Shown: positions 1 to 10,951 of the stretch, piece after piece
How positions within the stretch are numbered: the stretch's first letter is position 1
Layout of the letters: each line of letters begins with the position of its first letter
Assembly (NCBI GenBank): GCA_963740315.1
Contig: CAVUDP010000002.1
Coordinates: 3,921,413 to 3,985,412 of the forward strand
Direction of reading: 5' to 3'
From: an uncultured cyanobacterium
GTDB taxonomy: Bacteria > Cyanobacteriota > Cyanobacteriia > Cyanobacteriales > Nostocaceae
Length of the DNA stretch: 64,000 bases
The notes under the pieces: model-generated
What the model was told of the DNA's origin: nothing
What the model saw: the letters and a program-made list of their open reading frames with translations, nothing else
The model's database searches: none
Translations under genes and position numbers: made by a program

Positions 1-337
1 AAGAAGCGAGTTTTTCCAATTAATAATCGCTTGGCTAGTTTTTTAAAATCAATTCAACCAGTTGAAAAGGTCTGGTGAAGCGAAAGTTTTTCCTTCACCA
101 GAAGGTAAATGGGTAGACGTACAAAACCTGGGTAGACGAGCTTGGAAGGGTATTTTAGAAACACTTGAAGATGTAGAGTATCGGAAGCTTTACCAAACCC
201 GACATACATTTATTACGATGGCTTTGAAGAATGGGGTAGATGTGAAAGATTTAGCCAAAATGGTAGGTAATTCACCAGAGATTATTTATCGACATTATGC
301 AGGGCAAAGTCGAGAGCTTTTCTTACCGGAGTTTTAG
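1..337 (+). CDS. Tyrosine recombinase/integrase, C-terminal part (starts before window; apparent +1 frameshift near 65-70)
   Basis: YQTRHTF (H/Y-x-x-R-H), VGNS and catalytic HY near the C-terminus. Frame 1 from position 1 reads KKRVFPINNRLASFLKSIQPVE and joins the 62..337 frame across GAAAAGG. Confidence 0.85.
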
Positions 338-449
338 AATTTTATAGTTTAGGCGATACTCACTTTCCAACCAACTATTACTGTATATAGTAATTAGTGA
401 GTGTCGCTTTTCTTTATCACTATAAACATAGTAAAAATAAAAAAAGATT

Positions 450-728
450 ATGACTAAAGAAATAAAATTTCAACAAGGAAGTGGTAATGTATTTTATGAT
501 TTAGGGTTTGCCAATCCAGATGAATTACTTTTTAAAGCAGAGTTAGTACGTAAAATTAGTGCAATAATCACCCAAAACAATCTAAATCAAGTAGAAGCAT
601 CAAAATTATTGGAAATTGAGCAATCAGATTTTTCTGCTTTAATAAAAGGTTATATATTGAGTTTTTCAATAGAAAGTCTTTTTAGTTACTTAAATATTTT
701 ATTGTCGAGATATGACAATCTTAGTTAA
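450..728 (+). CDS. XRE-family HTH protein (HigA-like antitoxin type)
   Basis: GSGNVFxDLG N-terminal motif plus HTH (LNQVEASKLLEIEQSDFSAL). Confidence 0.75.
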   Translation: MTKEIKFQQGSGNVFYDLGFANPDELLFKAELVRKISAIITQNNLNQVEASKLLEIEQSDFSALIKGYILSFSIESLFSYLNILLSRYDNLS

Positions 729-853
729 GAGTAAATAATCAAATTATTCGGATAAAAATTAAAGCTCATATAAATTAACAAACTATTACATTCTCCACAT
801 TGATAAAGAAAGGTAGTAGAGTATCTGTTTCTTTTAAAGAACTTATAATCTCT

Positions 854-1117
854 TTAAGCTTTTGCCTTTTTAGAATTCTGATTGCTCGCTAAACTTGCAT
901 GATATTTTTCAATTGCTCGGTGATGGGCAATTGGGTCTTGATGATTATGAAACCAATCTTGAATAAGTTCTAAATTATATCGAATACAACGACTGTTCAA
1001 TTTCACCCAATGGGTTCCTTCAATCCATGTTCCATCTAAACGATATTTTTTCAGTGTAGAAAAGCTCATGTTTAGAATCTCTGATGCTTGTTGCTTTGTC
1101 ACAAACTGGAACACCAT
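854..1117 (-). CDS. Excisionase-like winged-HTH DNA-binding protein
   Basis: Small basic protein, TKQQASEILNMSFSTLKKYR...EGTHW...IRYN; next to the integrase. Confidence 0.7.
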   Translation of the reverse strand: MVFQFVTKQQASEILNMSFSTLKKYRLDGTWIEGTHWVKLNSRCIRYNLELIQDWFHNHQDPIAHHRAIEKYHASLASNQNSKKAKA

Positions 1118-1204
1118 AGCTTACTCCCCTAAAATATATTCTTTGCTTTCTTATAACCAAAGCATAAGTAGATAATATACTGAGAACTTTAATTTTTATT
1201 TATA

Positions 1205-1258
1205 TATCACTATAGTGATAGTTTTTTTATGACTATGGTAATAAATTGGTTTACGTCA
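1205..1258. promoter_or_regulatory. Palindromic operator pair plus TTTACGTCA upstream of tra operon 1
   Basis: TATCACTATAGTGATA (1205-1220), degenerate copy TATGACTATGGTAATA (1228-1243), 6 bp, then TTTACGTCA; same layout at 15385-15415. Confidence 0.55.
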
Positions 1259-1387
1259 TAGGGAAAGCATTCAAAGTGAATATTTAATAGAAAATAACTT
1301 TAATAGTTTAGAAGGCTAACTTCTGCTAAATAATTGAAAAATTAGAAGAGGTATGACTGAGAATGTACATAGCTATTAGATAAAACT

Positions 1388-2404
1388 ATGAATAATTCAA
1401 TCGATAACTGTTTTATTACAGACCCATTAGACTTGAATTACATTTCCCATGTTGTGAACCAAGTATTAGAATCGAAACATCATTTAGCCGATGTCAAGGA
1501 TTTACAAGCAGCTCTAAGAGAAGTTAGTTTAGAGCATGGTCAAGAAATACAAATGAACCTTGTCTTTGAAGAAAATCAACTGAGTGGATTCAACTTTTCT
1601 TTCACCAACGACTCTAGTAAAACGACAGCTAATATTCCTTTCAAGCAGCAACAAAGCAATATCTCTTCAGAAAAGGGTGATATTATTTCTGGAAAACAAA
1701 CAATTTCTTCTGTTGTGACACAATCAGAAAATAATCTGACAGCTTCTTCTCCATCATCTCAAAAAATAACCATTACACCGGGGTTACAAGTAGAAGACCA
1801 ACACATTATCAATCCGGAACAACCGGAAAATAAAACAATTCTCAAATCATCGTTTTCAATTAAAGAAAATATCAATCCTAGCTTAATAAATATTGCGAAT
1901 CAATTAGCGAATCAACAAGAAGTTAATGGATTGTTATTAACTGGATTACCTCTAAAATCAAGTATTAATTTAAAAGATACTTTGCAACAAGAGGAACAAC
2001 CAGATGTTCAAACTGCTGGATTAGCAATACTTAGACGCTTTGAGCAAGTTCTACCGCAAGAGTTTATAGAGTTAAAAGCAGGTGAAGCTCCCAAAGCTTT
2101 TAATTGGAAAGATCCAGAATCAAATAAACAATATCGCTTTTGTTTTGAAGCGGCTAAAACTGATTTAGATGGAAATGTTTTAATACCTGCTTCTTTGAAG
2201 GGGTTTGATACAAAATCTGTAGAAACTGAACAACAAGTATTTGCTGCGACTCTAATAGATTCTAAATACAACCGTTGGAGTATTGAACAATGTGATTTTA
2301 ATAAAAACCAGATTCAATCTTTAAAGAAAGCATCACAATCCACACTCCCCAATCATTCAACCGCATCATTGGATGCGGTTAATGATTTTTCTTATGAAAT
2401 ATAA
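1388..2404 (+). CDS. Hypothetical protein, first gene of conjugation operon
   Basis: 338-aa ORF co-directional with T4SS genes. Confidence 0.7.
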   Translation: MNNSIDNCFITDPLDLNYISHVVNQVLESKHHLADVKDLQAALREVSLEHGQEIQMNLVFEENQLSGFNFSFTNDSSKTTANIPFKQQQSNISSEKGDIISGKQTISSVVTQSENNLTASSPSSQKITITPGLQVEDQHIINPEQPENKTILKSSFSIKENINPSLINIANQLANQQEVNGLLLTGLPLKSSINLKDTLQQEEQPDVQTAGLAILRRFEQVLPQEFIELKAGEAPKAFNWKDPESNKQYRFCFEAAKTDLDGNVLIPASLKGFDTKSVETEQQVFAATLIDSKYNRWSIEQCDFNKNQIQSLKKASQSTLPNHSTASLDAVNDFSYEI

Positions 2405-2430
2405 AAGTTTCATCATTTTACTAATTAACT

Positions 2431-3084
2431 ATGTACAGCAAAGAGAAATATACTTCGAGAAATGAGTTGTACGAAAAGGAGAAAATCAAAACTGCTGCTG
2501 CTAATATTTATTATTCAAGTGTCCTGACATTAGCCACAAATGTATGGACAAAAACAGATACTAGATTGAGCTTGTTTTTAGGGCTTAGTTTAATTTATTT
2601 AACTGTAAAAGAACCGCTGTTAATTTCAATTATCTTATCTCTAAGCTTATTCTTCTACTGTTTGCATAGGATAATTAAACTAATACCTTGGCTGAACAAA
2701 ATAGTTAACGCTAAAATACATTTTTGGCATATAGCGGGTTTAATTATTGCATTAACTGCGACTCTAACGGTATTTGAATTGCCAGCACACGCAATTTTCT
2801 TAAGTGGATTAGAAGAATTTTTAGCAGGCATTGCTGAAGAAAGTTCTACGGGAGGAGCAAGCACAATCTCGCCAGAAGCAATAACTTTAGTATTTAACGC
2901 AATTCGTGGAGTTTTTCTGTTACTGGTAGGAGTTGCTGCATTATTTGCCTATAACCAAGCACAGCAAGGGAACGACTGGCGGCCAATCGCGACTCAAGCA
3001 GGTTTAGCGATTGGTATTATCCTCACGGTTGATGTTATTACTTTCCTATTTATTGGTGACGGAACTGCTGGAGGGGGAGGATAG
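2431..3084 (+). CDS. Membrane protein, probable VirB2-like pilin precursor
   Basis: Hydrophobic; PAHA|IFL processing-like site followed by two TM helices; lies just before virB3/virB4-like genes. Confidence 0.55.
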   Translation: MYSKEKYTSRNELYEKEKIKTAAANIYYSSVLTLATNVWTKTDTRLSLFLGLSLIYLTVKEPLLISIILSLSLFFYCLHRIIKLIPWLNKIVNAKIHFWHIAGLIIALTATLTVFELPAHAIFLSGLEEFLAGIAEESSTGGASTISPEAITLVFNAIRGVFLLLVGVAALFAYNQAQQGNDWRPIATQAGLAIGIILTVDVITFLFIGDGTAGGGG

Positions 3085-3117
3085 GAGTGAGGGAGTGAGG
3101 GAGTGAGAGAGGGAGTA

Positions 3118-3456
3118 ATGAATTGGGATAAAGAGCCGATTAAAGTAAATAAAATATTAGGCAAGCAAGCAGGATTCGGTCCCATTCCAGCTAATCAAAT
3201 TTTGCCTTGGTTCGCAATTATCACCCTCTCCTACTTTATCTTCGATGGACTGCTCAGTTGGGGAATACCCAAGGTCGCAGTTATCAGTTTTTGGTTAATT
3301 TTAAGTTGGTGGTTCGTGACGGGAAAAGACCCGGATAAATACATTAATCGTTTTCGTAAACCCAAAGGCAGCAACTGGACTATTGGTGGTGCAATGTACG
3401 TATCTCCTCTGCTCTCTCGGAATATCAGAAAGCAACTCAAGAAACATAGACGGTAA
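3118..3456 (+). CDS. VirB3-like small membrane protein
   Basis: Two TM segments; stop overlaps the virB4 start (TAATG). Confidence 0.6.
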   Translation: MNWDKEPIKVNKILGKQAGFGPIPANQILPWFAIITLSYFIFDGLLSWGIPKVAVISFWLILSWWFVTGKDPDKYINRFRKPKGSNWTIGGAMYVSPLLSRNIRKQLKKHRR

Positions 3457-6329
3457 TGAAAGCTCATATCCAAACGATAAATTCTATCGACCAAAGTAAC
3501 GAGAAATCGCAATACATCCCCTTTGAAAACGAACTCGACCTCTGCTGCATGGTTCGTATCGAACGGGATAATCGTAAAGTCGGAGCATTTTTACTTAATC
3601 AAGGTGATATTAAAGACGAAAACCAATTCCAAGTAGTTTTTGCATTCCAAATCAAAGGTATCCACAACCAACTTTACCCAGAAGAAATATCATCGATATC
3701 AGCTTCTATCTCTGAAGCACTGAAATCTATTCTTCCAGGAGAAAAATGTACTTTTCTTCTAGGACGTTATTCAGATGACTCTGCAAGACAACAATATCTT
3801 AATAGCCTTGCTGAAAACTGTTCGTTAAAATTACCAGCCATATTAACCCGTAACGAACAAGCAAGAGTACAAGAACTAACTCGCAAGGGAACACGGTCAA
3901 CCTGGCAACAAATTGTATTCTGTACCTGGACTGTAGATAAATTTGGAGAAAATAAAACTGACCCTTTATCTAAATTAATTTACTATTCGGGGAAAGCAGG
4001 ACGTTTTTTCTTAGATAACGTTACCGGACGTATATCACAAAGACAAGAACAGCTTCTGAATGTCTTATTGATGAAAGCCTATACTCAAGGGTTTATTCAA
4101 TGGGAGATGCTTTTCAATACAAAAGCAGGATTAGAACTTTCTCCACTTGATGATACGCAATTATGGTCGTGGTTGTGGAACAGATTTAATAAATACGAAG
4201 CACCACCTATTCCTCAGTTGCTAGTTATTGCTCCCGACAAAGATAGCGGTATTAAATTAACGGAAGTACAAAATTCTCTCAAACATTCTACAACTATCTT
4301 GATTTCTGGAGAAAAAGGTAGAAGTTCTTGTCCAGAACACCGTCAATGTACTAACCGCGTTTATGTTAAGGACAAAGTTTGTGGTGTTTTGACGATGACT
4401 GATACCGTAATCGCGTGGGTAAATGCAAAAGAACAAATTGCATGGATGTGGAAAGTTCTGAGTGAAAATCACGTCCGCGATACCGAAGCTTGGGTAGAAA
4501 TTTCAGCAGCGAACCGATATCTAACCCAAGATAATTTACACCGTCAAGCTAAGCAAACTAAAGCTGCTAGAGAAAGAGCTTTATTTAAAGGAACTGGTAG
4601 AGATGTAGGTGCGGAAATTAAGCAGGAAGAAAGCTTTGATGCACAGAAGAAACTATATAAAGGTGCTGTTCCTCTTAACTGTGCGGTAGTATTCCTGGTG
4701 TACCGCGAGAATGCAGAAAGCTTAGACCTTGCGTGCAACTTACTCTGCAACAGTTTTGGAACAGCTAAAGTAGTTAGAGAAAGAAATATCGCTTCTCAAA
4801 TCTGGTTAGAAACTTTACCAATAACTTGGCGAAGGATATTACATTCGAGTTCAATTCTCAGCGAACGACGATTAGTTTTAGAAAGCGAAACAGTTGCTGG
4901 AATTTTACCGCTGACTCTACCTAAAAAGCTTGATGATAGGGGTGTAGAATTTCTAACTAATAGAGGTGGTAAACCCGTTTGTGTAGACTTGTTCACTTAT
5001 ACCCAGCACGCATTAATTACGGGTAAAACTGGTTCTGGTAAATCAGTATTGCTGTGGCGATTTATGCTTGATGCTCTATCCCAAGGGATACCTGTGGTTG
5101 GAATGGATATACCCGCAGCTGATGGAGAAAGTTCTTTTAAGACAGCTATTGAGTTATTGGGGGATGCTGGGGCTTACTTTGATTTATCCCGCGCTTCTAA
5201 TAACCTAATGGAACCTCCAGATTTACGGGACTTTGACGCAGAAGAACGAGCTTCACGGATGAAATCATGGCGTTCGTTTATACGCAATGCTTTGAGTGTC
5301 ATCGTTATGGGACGTTTAGACGCTCCCCACTTGGCACAACGAGTAGATGCAATCTTGATGCAAGCACTGGATGTATTTTTGAGCGACCCTGACATCATTG
5401 AGCGTTATAATCTAGCGTTTTCTAAAGGTTGGAAATCATCCGAATGGCAGGATATACCAACATTAAAGGATTTTTCAAGATTCTGTTCCATTGCGCGACT
5501 GAATATACAAAAACCCGAAGCAATTGACCATCAAGCAATCAACCAAATCAACAGCCAAATTGCCGCACTACTGGTAAGTCCTTTAGGCACAGCTATAGGT
5601 AAACCCAGCAGCTTTTCACCAGAACCGATGGTTAAATTCTATGCTTTAACAGGCTTAAGTAACGACCAAGATTCTTACACAATGGCTGTTGCAGCAAAGG
5701 CTGCTTGTTTAAGAGTAGCTCTTTCTCACCTTAAAAGTCTTTTTATTGGGGATGAGCTTTCTGTGCTGTTCCGCAAAGATGGCTTCAGCGCAATGATTGG
5801 GGAACTTTGTGCCACCGCACGAAAAGATGGATTAAGTATAGTTTTATCCAGCCAAGACCCAGATACAATCTGTCAATCCGCAGCAGCGGCAATGATTATG
5901 CAGAATATCAGTTACAGAATTACTGGTTGCATTACTTCAAATGCTGTTGCTTCATTTGAGAAGTACTTATCATATCCGGTTGAAATAATTGCCCATAATG
6001 CTTCGGAATCATTCTTTCCTCGTCGTTCCGATTTGTATTCTTGCTGGTTAATCGAGAAAGGAGGACGCTTTTGGCAAACCAGATTTTATCCAGGAGAAAT
6101 GGCTTTAGCAGCTATAGCAACGAATCAAGAAGAACGCAGTACTCGTCGAGCAATTTTGTCCCAATACCCCAATACCACTAAAGGACAATTACAAGGGTTA
6201 GCTGAATTTACCAGGGTTTATGTTTCATCTATCAAACAGAATAAAAGTTTATCGCATAGAAATGGAGAAGATAAAAATGTATCAGAAAAAGATAAAGTTG
6301 AAAACAGGGAAACGCCTACGCATACGTAG
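3456..6329 (+). CDS. virB4: VirB4-like conjugation ATPase
   Basis: 957 aa; Walker A GKTGSGKS, Walker B FIGDE, ARKDG...SQ motif. Confidence 0.85.
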   Translation: MKAHIQTINSIDQSNEKSQYIPFENELDLCCMVRIERDNRKVGAFLLNQGDIKDENQFQVVFAFQIKGIHNQLYPEEISSISASISEALKSILPGEKCTFLLGRYSDDSARQQYLNSLAENCSLKLPAILTRNEQARVQELTRKGTRSTWQQIVFCTWTVDKFGENKTDPLSKLIYYSGKAGRFFLDNVTGRISQRQEQLLNVLLMKAYTQGFIQWEMLFNTKAGLELSPLDDTQLWSWLWNRFNKYEAPPIPQLLVIAPDKDSGIKLTEVQNSLKHSTTILISGEKGRSSCPEHRQCTNRVYVKDKVCGVLTMTDTVIAWVNAKEQIAWMWKVLSENHVRDTEAWVEISAANRYLTQDNLHRQAKQTKAARERALFKGTGRDVGAEIKQEESFDAQKKLYKGAVPLNCAVVFLVYRENAESLDLACNLLCNSFGTAKVVRERNIASQIWLETLPITWRRILHSSSILSERRLVLESETVAGILPLTLPKKLDDRGVEFLTNRGGKPVCVDLFTYTQHALITGKTGSGKSVLLWRFMLDALSQGIPVVGMDIPAADGESSFKTAIELLGDAGAYFDLSRASNNLMEPPDLRDFDAEERASRMKSWRSFIRNALSVIVMGRLDAPHLAQRVDAILMQALDVFLSDPDIIERYNLAFSKGWKSSEWQDIPTLKDFSRFCSIARLNIQKPEAIDHQAINQINSQIAALLVSPLGTAIGKPSSFSPEPMVKFYALTGLSNDQDSYTMAVAAKAACLRVALSHLKSLFIGDELSVLFRKDGFSAMIGELCATARKDGLSIVLSSQDPDTICQSAAAAMIMQNISYRITGCITSNAVASFEKYLSYPVEIIAHNASESFFPRRSDLYSCWLIEKGGRFWQTRFYPGEMALAAIATNQEERSTRRAILSQYPNTTKGQLQGLAEFTRVYVSSIKQNKSLSHRNGEDKNVSEKDKVENRETPTHT

Positions 6330-7206
6330 ATTTCCAGGTAAGAGTAGAGAAGGTAGAAAGCATAAAGCAGAAGCTAAAAACAAAATAACTAACTGCTTAC
6401 GTTTTGTACCCTCTAACTTTTATCTTATTGTTAAAAGTGTTTCAATAATTGGAATAACAGTTGCAAGCTTGAATTTAATTGCAATCAACTCTTCGTTTGC
6501 AGCAACCTCAGATGTCTCAGACAACCAAAAAGCTACTCAAATAGAACGTTCAACATTTAACAGAAACTCATCAAATGAAATCCAAGGATTTATTAATGAT
6601 GTACGTTCCTTTGTTCGCGGTGATTTCTTCGGTAATATTAAGCAACTTGTTCAAAATTCAATTGGTTCGGTTGATATCCCCGATTTGGGTGAAGTTGTAA
6701 GCGAAATTATGAGAGGTTCGCTCCCTGGAGATGGTGTTACGTCAAACAGATTAGAGAATAATCTTCCTAATTCCTATGCCATTCGTCAAGATTTAGCGAA
6801 TCAAAGTGAAAGAGTAGGAGCAATTGAAGTAGCGCAGAATAAAACTATGAGCAAAAATGCTCAACAACAGTCCCTTAAAACTCTTGAATTAAGCGCTAAT
6901 TCTGAAATTGAATCAAGTCAAATGTCAGATGATTCTCAAAATACTGACACTTCACAGCAAATTCTTCAGAACATCTCACAGCAGCTAAAAAATAATACGA
7001 CTATCTCCAATTTGCTGTTAAAAGAAGCGAATCAAGCACGACAAGATAAAGCCTTGGGGTTAACTCTGACCGCTCAAGCTGCACAAGAATTAAATGCTGC
7101 AAATACTAGAGAAAGACAAAGTGCGATCGCCACTGGGAATCGTGCTGTATCTCAGGGTTCTTTGTTGATGATGCCTGGTGCTTCTATTCTTGGTCAGCCA
7201 AATTAA
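6220..7206 (+). CDS. T4SS-associated secreted coiled-coil protein (VirB5/TrbJ-like); start uncertain (ATG at 6277 possible)
   Basis: Signal-like hydrophobic segment, Q/N-rich helices, between virB4 and virB6. Confidence 0.5.
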   Translation: MFHLSNRIKVYRIEMEKIKMYQKKIKLKTGKRLRIRRFPGKSREGRKHKAEAKNKITNCLRFVPSNFYLIVKSVSIIGITVASLNLIAINSSFAATSDVSDNQKATQIERSTFNRNSSNEIQGFINDVRSFVRGDFFGNIKQLVQNSIGSVDIPDLGEVVSEIMRGSLPGDGVTSNRLENNLPNSYAIRQDLANQSERVGAIEVAQNKTMSKNAQQQSLKTLELSANSEIESSQMSDDSQNTDTSQQILQNISQQLKNNTTISNLLLKEANQARQDKALGLTLTAQAAQELNAANTRERQSAIATGNRAVSQGSLLMMPGASILGQPN

Positions 7207-7224
7207 TAAAATAGTATCTTAGAC

Positions 7225-8313
7225 ATGTCTCTCCCCATCTTCGTAATTCAAATACCATCTGACAATTATTCCGACTCGGCTGTTGGCATCAGTTTAGTAA
7301 GAAGCAGTATCGAACTGAGTCAACAAACCGTTGAATCTTGGAATAAAGTTTGGGGAGACGTAATTAACCCTTCGGGTGCATTATGGGCTGGTTTATGTAA
7401 TCTGGGTACGACACTTGCAGCTTTGAGCATTATTTTACTTGCTATAAAGATGGCTGCCGATTATCAAGAAAAGCGGTTTTTATGGTCGGAATTAGCTGCA
7501 TCTGTAATCTACCCTTTGGTTATTGCTCTTTTTTTAGGAAGTAACGGGTATTTACTTTCCCAAACTGTACTTATCATCAGAAATATTGGTCATCAGCAAG
7601 TTGTTAGCGTTCTTGATATTCAACTCGCCGATACAACTTTTAAAAGTGCAATCTCTAACGTTACTTTGACCCAAAATGTCAAAACTCAAGTGTCTACAAT
7701 TTATGCAGAATGTCAGGGGAAGACTGGTAAACCTCTAACAGATTGTCTTCAAGAAAAAAGACCGATAATAGAAGAAATTCTCGAAACAGCAGAACAACAA
7801 AACAACGCACCATTAGAGCAAGCACGACAAACTGTTGCAGAATTGAAGGATTTTGTACAAAATCCTGGGACAGTTTTTAATGCTTCTATTTCTTTAATAC
7901 TAATTACATTTCTCTATGCCCTTCAATGGGCATTTGTCAATATTTTAGAAGCAGCACTAATGATGACGGCAACATTTGCACCTATTGCTTTAGGATTAAG
8001 TTTATTACCTTTAGGTTCAAAACCGATATGGGCTTGGGCTAGCGGTTTTATATCTTTGTTTGGAGTACAGTTAGGCTACAACATTATAGTTGGTTTAGCC
8101 GCAACAGTAATCGTTTCTGCTGGGGCACAAAGTGCTTCCGATTTAGCATTTTTAGCATTTATTAGTATCTTTGCTCCTGCGCTTGCTCTGTTAATTGCTG
8201 GTGGTGGGGGAATTGCACTTTATACAGGTATTAATAGTAGAGTTCCGGCGCTTGTAAATGCTGCTTTTGACGGAGTAGTTGCTGTTGCTACTGGCTTTGT
8301 CGGGAAGGTATAA
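7225..8313 (+). CDS. VirB6/TrbL-like polytopic membrane protein
   Basis: Multiple TM helices, Gly/Ala-rich C-terminus, operon position. Confidence 0.7.
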   Translation: MSLPIFVIQIPSDNYSDSAVGISLVRSSIELSQQTVESWNKVWGDVINPSGALWAGLCNLGTTLAALSIILLAIKMAADYQEKRFLWSELAASVIYPLVIALFLGSNGYLLSQTVLIIRNIGHQQVVSVLDIQLADTTFKSAISNVTLTQNVKTQVSTIYAECQGKTGKPLTDCLQEKRPIIEEILETAEQQNNAPLEQARQTVAELKDFVQNPGTVFNASISLILITFLYALQWAFVNILEAALMMTATFAPIALGLSLLPLGSKPIWAWASGFISLFGVQLGYNIIVGLAATVIVSAGAQSASDLAFLAFISIFAPALALLIAGGGGIALYTGINSRVPALVNAAFDGVVAVATGFVGKV

Positions 8314-8316
8314 CTG

Positions 8317-9072
8317 ATGTTAAAAAGTTTAAGGCAAGTTCGACGACCTAAATTATTAATCGATTCCAAAGACATACTTCCCTTATGCTTTATCGGGCTG
8401 ACAACATTTAGCTTGATAAGCTTTTTATTTCTATTGTTTTTAAGCTTTAAAGTTAATCAACTTGCTGCAAGAAAAACAACGTTTGTGCAATTAGTTAACG
8501 GTCGCGCTTTGGTTATTTCGGAACAACACTATTTATATCGTCACCCAGAAGTTGTAAAAAATACTGTCAGACAGTGGGCAAATTTAACTTTTAATTGGGA
8601 TGGTGTTATTCCGGGTACCAAAGAGTTAGATAAAGGAAGAAATTTAGGTAAAGGTAAACGTGTTACTACAAATGCTTATATTGCTTCGTTTTTAATTCAA
8701 TCGGGTAAAAAAGGGTTTCGTAATGCTGTACTTGAAGAACTTGCTGACATTACACCTGCTCGCGTATTCAACGGTCAAGTTCGTTCCAAAATCATTATTT
8801 CCTATTTATCCGCTCCCAGACAAGTAAAAATGGGTGAATGGGAAATAGATATGGTCGCAACAAGAGTATTAGTAAACTTACCTGGTGGTGCGGATGAAGA
8901 AATAAATTTCAACCGCACTTTTAGATTAAAAGCGGTGGATATTCCTTCTCCACAATCGAATGATAGTTCTGCATTAGAACAGCAATTATACGAGATAAGA
9001 AGTGCAGGCTTGGAAATAGTTAAGATTTCTGAGTTTACGGGAGGGGTAAGGAGTGAGGGAGGGAGAGAGTGA
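8317..9072 (+). CDS. VirB8-like bitopic protein
   Basis: Single N-terminal TM then periplasmic alpha/beta domain; operon position. Confidence 0.55.
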   Translation: MLKSLRQVRRPKLLIDSKDILPLCFIGLTTFSLISFLFLLFLSFKVNQLAARKTTFVQLVNGRALVISEQHYLYRHPEVVKNTVRQWANLTFNWDGVIPGTKELDKGRNLGKGKRVTTNAYIASFLIQSGKKGFRNAVLEELADITPARVFNGQVRSKIIISYLSAPRQVKMGEWEIDMVATRVLVNLPGGADEEINFNRTFRLKAVDIPSPQSNDSSALEQQLYEIRSAGLEIVKISEFTGGVRSEGGRE

Positions 9073-9111
9073 GAGAGCGAGGGAAGAGAACATAATAAAT
9101 AGTAATTTTAT

Positions 9112-10847
9112 ATGAACAATAATCAAGAAAACCATCAAAATGAACTACTTGATGATGAATTAACTCCGGAAGAGGAATTGGAAATATCGGGATATCAGCC
9201 CGAACAAGTTGCTTTAATTGACCAAGAGTTTTTAATTGAGCAAGATAACGAACAAGCAAACCGCAATCGGGAAGCGAAAATCCTTTAGTCAGATTTGCGA
9301 TCGCGTCTGCGGTAGTCGGTGGTGTTATGGGGTTTGGTTGGATGATTTGGTCAATCTTCTTTTCTCCTAAACCAGTTGTTAAAGCTCCAACACCAAAACC
9401 AACATCAAAAGCCTTTGAAAATGAAGAAAGCTCGGAAGCAGCACGTCTCAAAGCTGAATTAGCACTGCGGAACCAAGCAAGTCGGAATGTCGAACAACCT
9501 CCCGTACAAACTCCACCTTCACCAAAACCAAAGCCTAGTAAACCCGTAAGAACAGCTCGCAAACCAAAACCCCCGAAACCCAGAATCATCCGAGAAAAAG
9601 TCCCATCACCACCCAGAATCATTCGAGAAACAGTGCCATCACCACCCAGAATCATTCGAGAAACAGTGCCATCACCACCCAGAATCATTCGAGAAACAGT
9701 ACCATCACCACCAAGAATTATTCGAGAAAAAGTACCAAATAACGTTCAACTAAAGAATACAGTTGCTAAAACTTCTCCCGTTCCTTCTCCGACTAAAATT
9801 GAAAAAATAGACCCCTTTGAACGTTGGAATAAGCTAGCTATATTAGGACAACAAACAACATCACAACGTAATAATTTTTCAAGCAATAATCAATCATTTG
9901 AACAAGCACAATCGTTACCACATAAATCTGAATCAAAAAGAGAAAATGTTATTTCAAAAAGCGATTATCCATCTGCAAATACCGAAAATAATTCATCTGA
10001 GATTGTTTTTGCTAACGCTTCCAATAGAGTGAAAGAACCTCAAACATCCACTATGTCAACAGTAAAAACCAATCGTAGTAACCAGTTAGATAGAAGCCCT
10101 TATAAAAATCCAACACCAGGGGAGTTAGGTATTTTAAATCGAACTCCTCCTAATTTGCAACAAGAAACTATTACTGCTTCCAATTCCCCAATTCAAGTTC
10201 AAATTGGAACAAGTGCAGAAGCATCTGTTTTAGTGCCAATAGTTTGGAATGAGGAAGATAATAATCAAGAACGCTTTGCTGTTGAACTACAAGAAGACGT
10301 TTTATCTATAGATAAACGTGTAGCATTAGCAAAGGGAACTATTTTAATTACAGAAATACATTCAGTTTCTAAAATAAATAGACTTGTTAAACAAAGCGTT
10401 GTTGCAGTTGTTTATAAAGATTCTGCTGGTAGAATTCAACAAAAAACGATACCGAAAAACACAATTTTAATTCGAGGAAAAAACAATAAACCTTTACTTG
10501 CAAAATCTATCTCCGATAAAGGTAAAGCCATTGCTCAACAAGATATTTTAATCGGATTGTTAGGAGCAGCAGGTCGCGCTGGGGAGGTATTTAATCAAAA
10601 TCAAAGCCAATCTTCGACGGTCATTTCTAATAATAGTTTTAGTAGTCAGACATTTAACACCAAGGCTAGAAAACCAAATCTTTTAGCCGCAGTTGTAGAA
10701 GGATTTTTCAAACCCATGTCACAACGATTAAGTCAACGTGCCAATAAAGCTTCCAACGAAATTATGAATCGTCCCGATGTTGCAGTTGTACCTGCGGGGA
10801 CGAAGGTTTCGGTTGTTTTTAGTAACTTCTTTGAAGTCAGAGAGTGA
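9112..10847 (+). CDS. VirB10/TrbI-like protein with an apparent 1-bp deletion frameshift near 9258
   Basis: ATG 9112 opens MNNNQENHQ...EQA; adding one A in GCAAACCG restores KPQSGSENPLVRFAIASAVVGGVMGFGW, then TM, Pro-rich linker and C-terminal VVPAGTKVSVVF. Confidence 0.75.
9579..9738 (+). repeat. 33-bp coding tandem repeat (~5 x PRIIRE(T/K)VPSP)
   Basis: Directly visible; forms the Pro-rich periplasmic linker. Confidence 0.9.
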
Positions 10848-10951
10848 GGGAGTGAGAGAGTGAGAGAGGGAGGGAATATTTTGTAGCACATAAAATATGC
10901 ACGCTCATTTAGCCTTTCATGTAATTAAAAATAAGACATTTTGAACGCCCA

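Noticed and set aside
9035..9688. 217-aa minus-strand ORF with MILGGDGTVSR repeats
   Set aside because: Antisense shadow of the Pro-rich VirB10 linker
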